Source: an uncultured Melioribacter sp.
GTDB lineage: Bacteria; Bacteroidota; Ignavibacteria; Ignavibacteriales; Melioribacteraceae
NCBI GenBank assembly: GCA_964387835.1
Contig: CAYLYR010000001.1
Location: 1-31,390, forward strand
DNA length: 31,390 nt
Reading direction: 5' to 3'
The position numbers were made by a program, and so were the translations under genes. Of this stretch, positions 16,670 to 26,250 are shown one piece after another; position 1 is the first letter of the stretch; each line of letters opens with the position of its first letter. Below the pieces are notes generated by a model. The model searched no databases, was not told the origin of the DNA, and saw only the letters and a program-made list of their open reading frames with translations.

Positions 16670-17365
16670 TTATATTCTCCTTCTGTTTTCAATCATTAAA
16701 ATAAAAGCGCCTTTCAGATTCTTCTCTTCGGCAAATTTAAGAATTTTTCCGATTTTTCCTCTAAAAAATTTTTCATCTTCCATTGTTAAATTATAAGCCA
16801 ATACTATCGATTGTTCCTTCCCGAATACGGAATTAACTTCGGCAAGGAGCTTCTTTAATCTGTAAGGAGTTTCCATCAAAACAATCAGTTCTTTAATTGT
16901 TTTTAACTTCCGAAGCTTCTCTTTTCGTAAATCTTTTTTCTGCGGAAGCCATCCGGCAAAATAGAAACTATTCAAGTTTAATCCCGAACCGATTAATGCC
17001 GTGATTACGGAATTAGCGCCCGGAAGCGGAACAACATTGATATTTCTCTCTAATGCCTGAGACACCAAGTAGTTTCCCGGATCGGAAAAAACCGGCGAAC
17101 CGGCATCAGAAATTAATACCGAATTTTTAACGCTTAAAATCCGGTTAATTATCTCGCCCGAATCTTCTTCTTCATTATGTTCATTTACCGATAAAAGTTC
17201 TTTAGGCTCGATGTTCAATTTTGCAAAGAGTCTCCGGGCTTCTTTGTACTCTTCACAAATAATAATATCGGCGTTTTGTAAAACGTCTAACGCGCGTAAT
17301 GTAATATCTTTATAGTTTCCCATTGGAACGGGAACTAAAAATAGTGTGGAATTCATTCTTCTCAT
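16670..17365 (-). CDS. rsmI: 16S rRNA (cytidine1402-2'-O)-methyltransferase
   Basis: LFLVPVPMGNYKDITLRAL, LISDAGSPVFSDPG, PGANS, FAGWLP, ETPYRL; start may be ATG 17356. Confidence 0.9.
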   Translation of the reverse strand: MRRMNSTLFLVPVPMGNYKDITLRALDVLQNADIIICEEYKEARRLFAKLNIEPKELLSVNEHNEEEDSGEIINRILSVKNSVLISDAGSPVFSDPGNYLVSQALERNINVVPLPGANSVITALIGSGLNLNSFYFAGWLPQKKDLRKEKLRKLKTIKELIVLMETPYRLKKLLAEVNSVFGKEQSIVLAYNLTMEDEKFFRGKIGKILKFAEEKNLKGAFILMIENRRRI

Positions 17366-17541
17366 TTTTTTATAAAACTCTCATTATTAATTTTTTATTC
17401 AACAACACTTCCCGATTTATCGGGGAAAAAATAATTATAAATTCAAATTGTCATTCCGGCTTTAATCAAAAAAAAACATCTTGAATAAATAAAGCGGATC
17501 AAAAATAAATTACCTCTTTTCGTCAATTACAGCTAAGTTTG

Positions 17542-18591
17542 TTAAAGATTATTTACGAGATAATCGGCAATTTCTTTTCCTGCATTTCCGCTGCCGAAAG
17601 CGTCTGATTGTTTTCCGAAGTCCGTTACTCGAATTTTTTCGAGTATTAAGTTTTTGTCCGCACCGACAATAAAGTTCCAGTTTCCTTCAAGTGTTTCAAT
17701 CCATTCCGTTTCGTCGCGCAAAGTGATGCACGGCTTTTTCAAAAAATATGCTTCCTTCTGCAGTCCGCCGCTATCGGTTAAAACTTTTACTGAGTTCTTC
17801 AATAGCAATATCATTTCGAGATAGCTTACAGGTTTAATAATTTTTACGTTTTCCGAAAATCTGATTTCGGAAATTAATTTTTTTGTTCGCGGGTGCAGCG
17901 GAATTACAATCGGCAGATCGAGTTCGGAGAAAGCTTCAAAGATTGATGTTAAGCGGGATTTATCATCCGTGTTTTCCGCGCGATGAATTGTTCCGAGGTA
18001 AAACTTTTCAAGAGCGATAATATTCGATAACTTTTTCTTTTGCTCGGCAAGTTTCTGATAGTGTAAAATCGAATCGAACATTACATCGCCGGTAAAAATT
18101 ACGTTCTCCTTAATTCCTTCTTTGGAGAGCAAGTCTATCGCATTCTTGGTCGGAGCAAAAAGAATAGTGGAAATTCTATCCGTTAAAATTCTGTTAATCT
18201 CTTCAGGCATCAGCATATTAAAACTTCTTAAGCCGGCTTCTACGTGAGCTATTTTAATATGAAGTTTTGCAGCTGCAAGCGAACCGGCGATAGTAGAATT
18301 TGTATCTCCGTAAACTAAAACCCAATCCGGTTTTTCCCGAATCAAAAGTTCCTCGATTTTTATCATCATCATTCCGGTTTGAAATGCATGTGAACCTGAG
18401 CCTACTTCAAGATTGTAATCCGGTTTTCTTATTTCGAGTTCATCGAAAAATACTTTCGACATATTATCATCGTAGTGTTGTCCTGTATGGACTAAAATTT
18501 CTTTTGTGTTTTCATATTTCTCGAGTGCTTTGGAAACCACCGCCGCCTTTATAAATTGCGGGCGCGCTCCTATTATTGAAACTATTTTCAT
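17542..18591 (-). CDS. wecB: UDP-N-acetylglucosamine 2-epimerase (non-hydrolysing)
   Basis: IIGARPQFIK, HTGQHYD, GDTNST, HVEAGLRS, MPEEINR, TDSGGLQKEA. Confidence 0.95.
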   Translation of the reverse strand: MKIVSIIGARPQFIKAAVVSKALEKYENTKEILVHTGQHYDDNMSKVFFDELEIRKPDYNLEVGSGSHAFQTGMMMIKIEELLIREKPDWVLVYGDTNSTIAGSLAAAKLHIKIAHVEAGLRSFNMLMPEEINRILTDRISTILFAPTKNAIDLLSKEGIKENVIFTGDVMFDSILHYQKLAEQKKKLSNIIALEKFYLGTIHRAENTDDKSRLTSIFEAFSELDLPIVIPLHPRTKKLISEIRFSENVKIIKPVSYLEMILLLKNSVKVLTDSGGLQKEAYFLKKPCITLRDETEWIETLEGNWNFIVGADKNLILEKIRVTDFGKQSDAFGSGNAGKEIADYLVNNL

Positions 18592-19871
18592 ATTAAGCTA
18601 TCCATTAATTTTGCTAATTCTTTTGTATTATTTTCACGAGAGAATTTACCAACGTTAAAAGAAAATCGTATATTCTCATTTTTCCAATCGTCGTAATATT
18701 TTTGCAGGAGTTCGTAAGCTTTATCGTTATCGCTATAGTTAACCATTTCGCCGCTGTTTGTTTCAGTAAGGATTTTGTCGGCATCTCCGTTTACCGGTCC
18801 GATTGCGAAAATGGGTTTTCGTGTTCCGAGATACTCAAAAATCTTTCCCGTTAAAAATCCTTTGTTGTTAGGAACATTATCAATTACAAGAAGCAAAACA
18901 TCAGCGGTTTGTAAAATTTTTGTCGATTCGTTATGAGGGACGAATGATTGAATATGAAAAAATTCCTCAATTTCCAACTCCTTCATCAAGGAATAAAACT
19001 CAGGTGCGAATCTTCCGGCAAAATTCAATCTTATATTTGTAACTCCATTTTCCTTAAACTTCTTCAGAGCATACATGAGAGGGAAAGGAATTCTATCTAC
19101 AGACATCGAGCCGGTATAAGCAATCGTTAAAGATTTATTTTTCTCGGTTGTGATTGCATGAAAATCACTTTCATCAAATCCGTTCGGAATTACAACTACA
19201 TCTTTCGAGGGAACTTTGGATTTTAGCAGTTGAGAAATATCTTCGCTTATCGTAACAATTTTATCGGCTTGTTTAAGTGTGCGTAACTCAAGTTTGGAAT
19301 CGATAAATTTTGTTAATCTGCTTCTCTTTAACTTTTGATTGTAAACAATTTCAAGCCAGGGATCGCGAAAATCGGCGACAAATTTTATTCCGGTTTTCTC
19401 AGCTAATTTCGCTCCTATCATTGCTGCAGTCGGAGGAGGAGCCGAAGAAAAAATTATATCGATTTTTTCATCCTTAATAATTTTTTCTCCTTGTCGAACG
19501 GCGTTTTTCAGCCATCCTATTTTTGCATCCGGAATAAAAAAATTAGCTCTTACAAATTTTGAGATTTTCTCTTTCAGAGATTGGTTTTTCTTTACCAAAA
19601 TATCTGAGGGAATTTTCTCGTCGGATTTTTTGCCGGTAAATTTTTTATAGAGTGCGAAAGGCTCAAAACCTTTTATTTTATATACTTTGCAAATTTCGGG
19701 AATATCTTTCTGCAAGGAAAAATCCTCAACAGGAGCGTCGGGATTCGGAACGGTAAGAACAATAGGCTGCCAGTTGAAACGAGGTAAATATTTTGTAAAT
19801 TTCAAAACTCGCTGAACGCCTGCGCCGCCTGCAGGCGGCCAATAATATGTAATTATTAAAACTCTTTTCAC
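18588..19871 (-). CDS. Glycosyltransferase family 4
   Basis: ITYYWPPAGGAGVQR, ADFRDPW, IPNGFD, GKIFEYL; 4-nt overlap with wecB. Confidence 0.88.
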   Translation of the reverse strand: MKRVLIITYYWPPAGGAGVQRVLKFTKYLPRFNWQPIVLTVPNPDAPVEDFSLQKDIPEICKVYKIKGFEPFALYKKFTGKKSDEKIPSDILVKKNQSLKEKISKFVRANFFIPDAKIGWLKNAVRQGEKIIKDEKIDIIFSSAPPPTAAMIGAKLAEKTGIKFVADFRDPWLEIVYNQKLKRSRLTKFIDSKLELRTLKQADKIVTISEDISQLLKSKVPSKDVVVIPNGFDESDFHAITTEKNKSLTIAYTGSMSVDRIPFPLMYALKKFKENGVTNIRLNFAGRFAPEFYSLMKELEIEEFFHIQSFVPHNESTKILQTADVLLLVIDNVPNNKGFLTGKIFEYLGTRKPIFAIGPVNGDADKILTETNSGEMVNYSDNDKAYELLQKYYDDWKNENIRFSFNVGKFSRENNTKELAKLMDSLI

Positions 19872-19885
19872 TCTACAGGTTTACG

Positions 19886-21022
19886 TTAGGAATTTTCATT
19901 TTCATTTTCATTTACAAAATTAATTAGTTCTTCGGTAAATCTTTTCCAAGAGAACATTCCCGCTTGTCTTTTAACATTTTCCTCGTAAAATTTTTCATCG
20001 TTGTTTTCAAAAAACTTTGTTATTGCCTCGGCGATTTTCGGCGGATTATTTTTCTCCACTACAAAACCGGATTTTCCTTCCTCTATTAATTCACTAAGTC
20101 CGCCTACGTTTGTAGCAATCACAGGTTTCAAAAAATTATTTGCAATTTGCAGAATTCCGCTTTGAGTTGCCTCTTTATATGGCAGCATGACGACATCCGC
20201 CGCCGAAAAAAAATATTTTACATCTTCGGCGGGAATAAAATCATTGAACATCAAAACTTTTTCTTTGAGATTAAATTTCTCAATCAGTTCAAAATATTTT
20301 TCCTTTCCCGAGTAAAATTCTCCGGCAATTACGGCTACAAGCTCCGGATCGTCAATTCTCGAAAGGGCTTCCAAGAGCGTGTCTAATCCTTTGTAATCTC
20401 GAATAAAACCGAAAAAGAGGAGAACTTTTTTTGCTTTTATTCCAAGTTTTGCGCGTGCGCCCTCTTTATTTACGGGTTTACCGAAATTAGAATAAACGGG
20501 ATGATAAAGTTGTTTTACTTTGGCTTCGGGAATTATTTTCTGTAAATCTTTTTTTACGGACTCTGAGAGAGTAATAAAATAATCGCCATACTTAAAAAAC
20601 ATTTCGGTCAGTTTCTCATCGAACGGTTTCGGTTCGTGCGGAATAACATTATGAGAAAGAACAACGATTTTCGTCTTACCGTTTTGTTTTACTCTTTTTG
20701 AAATTGCAGCAAAAGCGGGAGCAAAGAAAGAGAGCCAATATGCAAAAATTAATATATCGGGATTGTCCTCTGCAATTCTTTTTCCCGTTTTTTGCCAATT
20801 AAACGGGTTAACCGAATCGAGGAGAACCTTAGCGGGAATAGGCTCCGAACTTTTATTCGGTTCCAACTGCGATTTCCCGGGGAAAAGAATTTTCGGATAT
20901 TGTCTTTTAAAAGTAATTACGGTTACGTCGTTTTCTTCCGCGAGATGTTTATAAAGCAGTCCGGTAAAATTGGCAATTCCGCCTCGCAGCGGATATGCGG
21001 GTGAAACGATTGTAATTTTCAT
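19886..21022 (-). CDS. Glycosyltransferase family 4
   Basis: PAYPLRGGIA, FFGFIRDYKGL, PYKEATQSG, TNVGGLSE. Confidence 0.9.
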   Translation of the reverse strand: MKITIVSPAYPLRGGIANFTGLLYKHLAEENDVTVITFKRQYPKILFPGKSQLEPNKSSEPIPAKVLLDSVNPFNWQKTGKRIAEDNPDILIFAYWLSFFAPAFAAISKRVKQNGKTKIVVLSHNVIPHEPKPFDEKLTEMFFKYGDYFITLSESVKKDLQKIIPEAKVKQLYHPVYSNFGKPVNKEGARAKLGIKAKKVLLFFGFIRDYKGLDTLLEALSRIDDPELVAVIAGEFYSGKEKYFELIEKFNLKEKVLMFNDFIPAEDVKYFFSAADVVMLPYKEATQSGILQIANNFLKPVIATNVGGLSELIEEGKSGFVVEKNNPPKIAEAITKFFENNDEKFYEENVKRQAGMFSWKRFTEELINFVNENENENS

Positions 21023-21064
21023 TACAGCTCACTCTTTGGAAATGTTGCGAAAAGATTTTTCAAA

Positions 21065-22666
21065 TTATTTTGATTCTTTTATTGAAAAGTCCAAATCCGT
21101 TCTGAACTTATGCACAAAAAGTTCACCGAGTAACCCGATTGCAAACAATTGCACACCGACAATCATCATTAAAAGTCCGAGTAACAACAACGGGCGATTG
21201 CTTAACGATGTTTTGTGTAAGAGCCATTCCAAAGTTAAGTAGCCGTCGATAACAAAACCGCCGACAAACGAAATTGTTCCGATAAATCCGAAGAGATGAA
21301 GCGGACGCGTAGCGTAGCGCGTAATCATTAAAATTGTGAGCAAATCGACAAATCCTTTGAAGAATCTTGAAATGCCGAACTTTGTTTTTCCATATCGTCT
21401 CGGATGATGTTTAACCGGAATTTCGGTAATCTTAAAACCTTTTTGTCCGGCAAGTACCGGAATATAGCGGTGAAGTTCACCGTGGACATAAACAATTTTA
21501 ATAACTTCTTTTCTGTACGCTTTTAATCCGCAATTAAAATCATGAATTTTTACATCGGAAGAAAGGCGCGTCATGTAGTTGAAGAACTTGGATGAATGCC
21601 GCTTAATAAAAGGGTCGTGGCGGACTTTTTTCCAGCCGGAGACCAAATCGTAACCTTCCGAAAGTTTTCTCAGAAGATTGGGAATTTCAGCTGGGTCGTC
21701 CTGTAAATCGGCATCCATTGTAATAACGGCATCGCCTTTGGCGCGTTTAAATCCGACATTAAGCGCTGCGGATTTGCCGTAATTTTTTCTAAAACTGAAA
21801 TAGTGCACTTTGTTGTCGCGCCGGCTAAGGTCTCGAAGAATGTTCAATGAATTATCCGTGCTGCCATCGTCAATAAAAATTATTTCATAATCGAAAGAGT
21901 AAGGACTAATTGCTTTTTTTATATCATTATATAATATTCGCAGCGATTCCTCTTCATTCAGAAGGGGAATAACAATTGAGACGGATTTGATTCCGGGAAA
22001 CGAGCGGTTATCTCTTTTAGATAAAGGAACAGCTTTTTTTACAGGTTTTTTTACCGCCGGTTTATTTCTGTTGTTTTTCTTAGGCGGAATATGAGTAGGA
22101 GGCTTTTTCTGCGCAGCGGTTTTCTCTTTGCTCGATTTTTCTATAGGTTTGGGAGAAGGCACATTCTCTTTCTGCTTAACTTGGCGAGTATTTTTTTCAC
22201 TCCGGTTTTCAGTTTTCTGTTTTGGTTGTCTGTTTGCAGTTCTGCTTTTTGTTTCCCGTTCAGGTTTTTCCGCAGGCGGTTTAGCAGCAGATTTCTCTTC
22301 TATTAACTTGGGAGGTTTATTTTCAAGTTTATCTGAACTCTCTTTTATCTCGGGAGAATTATCTTCCTTTTTAAGGGAGATTTTATCTTGGGTTTCTTTC
22401 TCTGAAGATTGTTCGGATTGCTTTTTCTTATTTTTCCAATTTCTGTTCCTGTAATATCTTCCTCTGTTATTTCTTCTTTTAGGTTGAGCTTTCACCTCTT
22501 CGTTATCGGAAGATTTATCATTTGAAGATTCTTCATTTTTGATATTTGTATTGACATTATTTTCTTTTGTTAAATTCGATTCCGGTATTGGAGAATTTTT
22601 CTCGGGCACATTATTTTGATGTAACCGATTGTTATCTTTTTCGTTATTCTGTTCCATATTGCTCAT
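21065..22666 (-). CDS. GT2 polyprenyl-phosphate glycosyltransferase (ArnC/DPM1-like) with a ~225-aa low-complexity N-terminal extension
   Basis: GT2 domain from about aa 228 (SIVIPLLNEE, IDDGSTD, RKNYGKS, MDADLQDDP, HDFNCGLK, HRYIP); two C-terminal TMs. Confidence 0.9.
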   Translation of the reverse strand: MSNMEQNNEKDNNRLHQNNVPEKNSPIPESNLTKENNVNTNIKNEESSNDKSSDNEEVKAQPKRRNNRGRYYRNRNWKNKKKQSEQSSEKETQDKISLKKEDNSPEIKESSDKLENKPPKLIEEKSAAKPPAEKPERETKSRTANRQPKQKTENRSEKNTRQVKQKENVPSPKPIEKSSKEKTAAQKKPPTHIPPKKNNRNKPAVKKPVKKAVPLSKRDNRSFPGIKSVSIVIPLLNEEESLRILYNDIKKAISPYSFDYEIIFIDDGSTDNSLNILRDLSRRDNKVHYFSFRKNYGKSAALNVGFKRAKGDAVITMDADLQDDPAEIPNLLRKLSEGYDLVSGWKKVRHDPFIKRHSSKFFNYMTRLSSDVKIHDFNCGLKAYRKEVIKIVYVHGELHRYIPVLAGQKGFKITEIPVKHHPRRYGKTKFGISRFFKGFVDLLTILMITRYATRPLHLFGFIGTISFVGGFVIDGYLTLEWLLHKTSLSNRPLLLLGLLMMIVGVQLFAIGLLGELFVHKFRTDLDFSIKESK

Positions 22667-22769
22667 TAATGTTCGTAAAATATTTTAATAACAAAATTAC
22701 TTGAATAATCGGCTAAAAACAAGGGATAAGAATTAATAGAACCGTTTTGTTATTTGTTCGTCAAACGTA

Positions 22770-22777
22770 TAAGTTTG
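22770..22777 (+). promoter_or_regulatory. Possible Bacteroidota-type -7 promoter element (TAnnTTTG)
   Basis: TAAGTTTG about 40 nt upstream of the S41 protease ATG, in a divergent intergenic region. Confidence 0.35.
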
Positions 22778-22816
22778 ATTAAACGATATTTAAAAGTAAA
22801 TTGTTAAGGTGAAGAC

Positions 22817-25800
22817 ATGAAGAAAATTTCCATTCTATTTTTATTCCTTTTTTCCGCTTCTCTGAATTTTGGGCAAGTAAGCGCCAAATTGTTTCGCTAT
22901 CCCGATATTTCGGCATCTCAAATCACTTTTGTTTATGCCGGAGATATATGGGTTGCACCTAAGGAAGGCGGAACAGCGGTAAAGTTAAGTTCTCCGAAAG
23001 GAGAAGAATTTATGCCGAAATTTTCTCCTGACGGGAATTTTATAGCTTTTAGCGGTAATTACGAAGGCAATACCGATGTATATATTATTCCTACGATGGG
23101 AGGAACGCCAAAGCGTATTACAAATCATCCGATGGGCGAAAGAGTTTTGGATTGGACCCCGGACGGAAAGAATTTGCTTTTTGCATCTGCAAGAAAAAGC
23201 GGGAGACAGAGATTCGACCAAATTTATAAAATCAGTGTTGACGGCGGTTTGCCGATAAAGCTGCCTGTGCCGTATGGTGAATTCGGAGAAATTTCTCCCG
23301 ACGGGAAAACGTTGGCATATACTCCGAGGACGCGTCTTTTCAGAACGTGGAAAAGATACCGAGGAGGCATGGCGACTGATATTTGGCTCTTTAATTTGAA
23401 AGATTATTCATCGAAGAACATTACGAATGAGGCGGCTAACGATGAACTCCCTATGTGGCACGGAGATATAATTTATTTCCTTTCGGATAGAGGCGCTAAC
23501 GAGAGATTTAATATATGGAGTTATAACACAAAATCCGGTGAATTTAAACAACATACTTTTTTTAAAAATTATGATGTTCATTTTCCATCAATAGGACCGG
23601 ACGATATAATATTCGAAGCCGGAGATAATTTATATACGCTAAATCTGAACGCCGATAAATATAATAAAGTTGATATTAAAGTTGTTACCGATAATATTAC
23701 ACTCCTTCCGGTAAAGAAAAAAGTTAAATCATATTTGAAAAATGCCGCTATTTCTCCTCATGGTAACCGTGTTGTTACAGAGGCGCGCGGTGAGTTATTC
23801 TCGCTGCCTGCAAAGGAAGGCGCAGTTTACGATTTAACAAACTCGTCAGGTGTTGCAGAACGTTTTCCCGCTTATTCCCCCGACGGGAAAAAAATAGCAT
23901 TCTGGAGCGATAAAACAGGCGAATATGAACTTACGGTTGTTAATAGTGATAATCCTTCAAAGCAGAAAACCTTAACAAATACCGGCTCGAAATTTAAGTA
24001 TAACTTGTATTGGTCGCCCGATGCAAAAAAAATTGCGTGGGTCGATAATGCAATGCGAATCAGATATTACGATTTTGATTCGGGAAAAATTATTGATGTA
24101 GATAAAGGACTTTTTATGTTCGAAGGAGAATTGGAAGGTTTTAAAGTCAGTTGGTCTAATGACGGCAGATGGATGACCTATTCCCGCGGTTTGGATAACC
24201 AGCATCACGCTCTTTTTATTTATGATACCAAATCAAGCCATCTGCACCAAGTTACTTCCGGATTTTATTCCGATACCGAACCTGTTTTTGATCCGAACGG
24301 GAAGTATCTTTATTATTTGACTAAAAGAACTTTCAGGCCGGTTTACAGCAGCATGGACAACACTTTTATTTACCCGAATGCAGTCAATTTGGCGGTAGTT
24401 CCATTAACTAAAGATATTCCTTCTCCATATCTTCCCGAAAACGATACGGTAAAAACGGAATCGAGTAAAAATAAAAGTAAAGTCGATAAGGGAAAAAAGA
24501 AAGATAAAAAAGATAAGGTTAAAATAGATTTTAATGATTTTGAAAGACGAGCACAATTGATACAAGTAGCTCCGGGAAATTTGTCAAATCTTAATGCGGT
24601 TGACGGAAAACCTGTTTATGTTGTGTATCCGAAGGCAGGTATTTTAGACGGAAAAAGCGAAATTAAATATTACGATTTTAAGTCGAAAAAAGAGAAGACG
24701 ATTCTAAGCGGAGCAAGTCAGTATGAAATTTCCGCTGACGGGAAAAAAATGTTGGTAATGAAAGGTGTCGGGCTTTATGTTATTGATATTAAGCCGAAGC
24801 AAAAACTTAAGAAGAAACTCCCGACATCTCAGATGATAATGACTATTGTGCCTCGCGAGGAGTGGAACGAGATATTTACCGATGCTTGGAGAATGGAAAG
24901 AGACTTCTTTTATGACCCCAATATGCATGGCGTTAATTGGGAAGGAATTAGAAGACGTTACGGGAATTTTGTAAAATATGCGGTTACTCGCCGCGATGTT
25001 AATTTTCTGATTGGCGAGATGATTGGGGAAATCAGTTCTTCGCACACTTATAAAGGCGGCGGGGATTACGAATCCGCCAAACATGAAAAAACCGGATTAC
25101 TCGGAATTGACTGGGCTGTTGATAACGGACACTTCCGAATTAAAAAAATTATTACCGCCGCTCCGTGGGATATCAGCGCACGCTCTCCTTTAACTCTTTC
25201 CGGAATTAATGTTAAAGAGGGAGATTACATTCTCGCAGTTAACGGAGTTCCATTGGATGTTTCTCAAGAGCCGTATGCGGCATTTGAAGGCTTGGCTAAT
25301 AAAACCGTCGAACTGACTGTCAACGATAAGCCTACGTTTGAAGAAGCGAGGAAAGTTTACGTAAAAACAATCCCCGATGAAACAAAGTTAAGACATTCGG
25401 CGTGGGTTGAAGCAAACAGGGAATATGTTGCCAAGATGACGGATAACAAAATAGGTTATATTTATGTTCCCAATACCGGGACGGAAGGACAGAATGAATT
25501 ATTCCGACAGTTCTTCGGACAGATGGATAAAAAGGGTTTAATTATCGATGAGCGATTTAACAGCGGCGGACAAATTCCCGATAGGTTTGTTGAATTATTA
25601 AACAGAAAGCCCTTGGCATTTTGGGCTGTTCGAGATGGTAAAAATTGGCAGTGGCCCCCGTTTGCGAATTTCGGCCCGAAAGTAATGTTGATAAATGGTT
25701 GGAGCGGTTCCGGCGGAGACGCTTTCCCTGACTTTTTCCGCAAACTTAAAATCGGTAAATTAGTCGGATTAAGGACTTGGGGCGGATTAATCGGAATTAG

Positions 25801-26044
25801 CGGAACGCCGTCATTGATTGACAACGGATATTTGACCGTTCCGACATTTAGAATGTATAATCCGGACGGGACTTGGTTTAAGGAAGGACACGGAGTGGAT
25901 CCGGATATTAAGGTTGTGGATAATCCGACCGACTTGGCAAAGGGAATTGACCCTCAACTTAAGGCTGCGGTTAAAGAAGTGCTGCATGAGCTTAAAAATT
26001 ATCCTAATCCTTATCCAAAACAACCTCCGTACCAAAAGAGATAA
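22817..26044 (+). CDS. Tricorn protease-like S41 peptidase (PD40 propellers, PDZ, peptidase S41)
   Basis: Signal peptide; repeated FSPDG/WTPDG/ISPDG/YSPDG/WSPD; SSSHTY; DERFNSGG; catalytic SGSGGDAF; GLRTWGGLIG; GHGVDPDI. Confidence 0.95.
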   Translation: MKKISILFLFLFSASLNFGQVSAKLFRYPDISASQITFVYAGDIWVAPKEGGTAVKLSSPKGEEFMPKFSPDGNFIAFSGNYEGNTDVYIIPTMGGTPKRITNHPMGERVLDWTPDGKNLLFASARKSGRQRFDQIYKISVDGGLPIKLPVPYGEFGEISPDGKTLAYTPRTRLFRTWKRYRGGMATDIWLFNLKDYSSKNITNEAANDELPMWHGDIIYFLSDRGANERFNIWSYNTKSGEFKQHTFFKNYDVHFPSIGPDDIIFEAGDNLYTLNLNADKYNKVDIKVVTDNITLLPVKKKVKSYLKNAAISPHGNRVVTEARGELFSLPAKEGAVYDLTNSSGVAERFPAYSPDGKKIAFWSDKTGEYELTVVNSDNPSKQKTLTNTGSKFKYNLYWSPDAKKIAWVDNAMRIRYYDFDSGKIIDVDKGLFMFEGELEGFKVSWSNDGRWMTYSRGLDNQHHALFIYDTKSSHLHQVTSGFYSDTEPVFDPNGKYLYYLTKRTFRPVYSSMDNTFIYPNAVNLAVVPLTKDIPSPYLPENDTVKTESSKNKSKVDKGKKKDKKDKVKIDFNDFERRAQLIQVAPGNLSNLNAVDGKPVYVVYPKAGILDGKSEIKYYDFKSKKEKTILSGASQYEISADGKKMLVMKGVGLYVIDIKPKQKLKKKLPTSQMIMTIVPREEWNEIFTDAWRMERDFFYDPNMHGVNWEGIRRRYGNFVKYAVTRRDVNFLIGEMIGEISSSHTYKGGGDYESAKHEKTGLLGIDWAVDNGHFRIKKIITAAPWDISARSPLTLSGINVKEGDYILAVNGVPLDVSQEPYAAFEGLANKTVELTVNDKPTFEEARKVYVKTIPDETKLRHSAWVEANREYVAKMTDNKIGYIYVPNTGTEGQNELFRQFFGQMDKKGLIIDERFNSGGQIPDRFVELLNRKPLAFWAVRDGKNWQWPPFANFGPKVMLINGWSGSGGDAFPDFFRKLKIGKLVGLRTWGGLIGISGTPSLIDNGYLTVPTFRMYNPDGTWFKEGHGVDPDIKVVDNPTDLAKGIDPQLKAAVKEVLHELKNYPNPYPKQPPYQKR

Positions 26045-26069
26045 GTGAATTTTGGTATAGAATAAATTT

Positions 26070-26104
26070 TAAAGGCGGGTTTTCTAATCCGCCTTTAGTT
26101 TTTT
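26070..26104 (+). terminator. Intrinsic terminator after the S41 protease
   Basis: TAAAGGCGG (26070-26078) / CCGCCTTTA (26089-26097), followed by GTTTTTT. Confidence 0.8.
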
Positions 26105-26250
26105 ATCAAGCAGTTGGAGCGTAGTTATTATTGAAAATTCTCATTATTATTTTTCACAATAAGAAAAGTGATTAATTATTATTACTTTTCAATAGATAAA
26201 AAAATATAAATATTCAGACCTGTTTATTTAGTTATTTCGAGGATAGTTGC

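Noticed and set aside
17409-17460. CCCGAT-TT-ATCGGG hairpin and a TGTCATTCCGGC fragment between wecB and rsmI
   Set aside because: Possibly eroded REP remnants, but too short to call and lacking partner arms.
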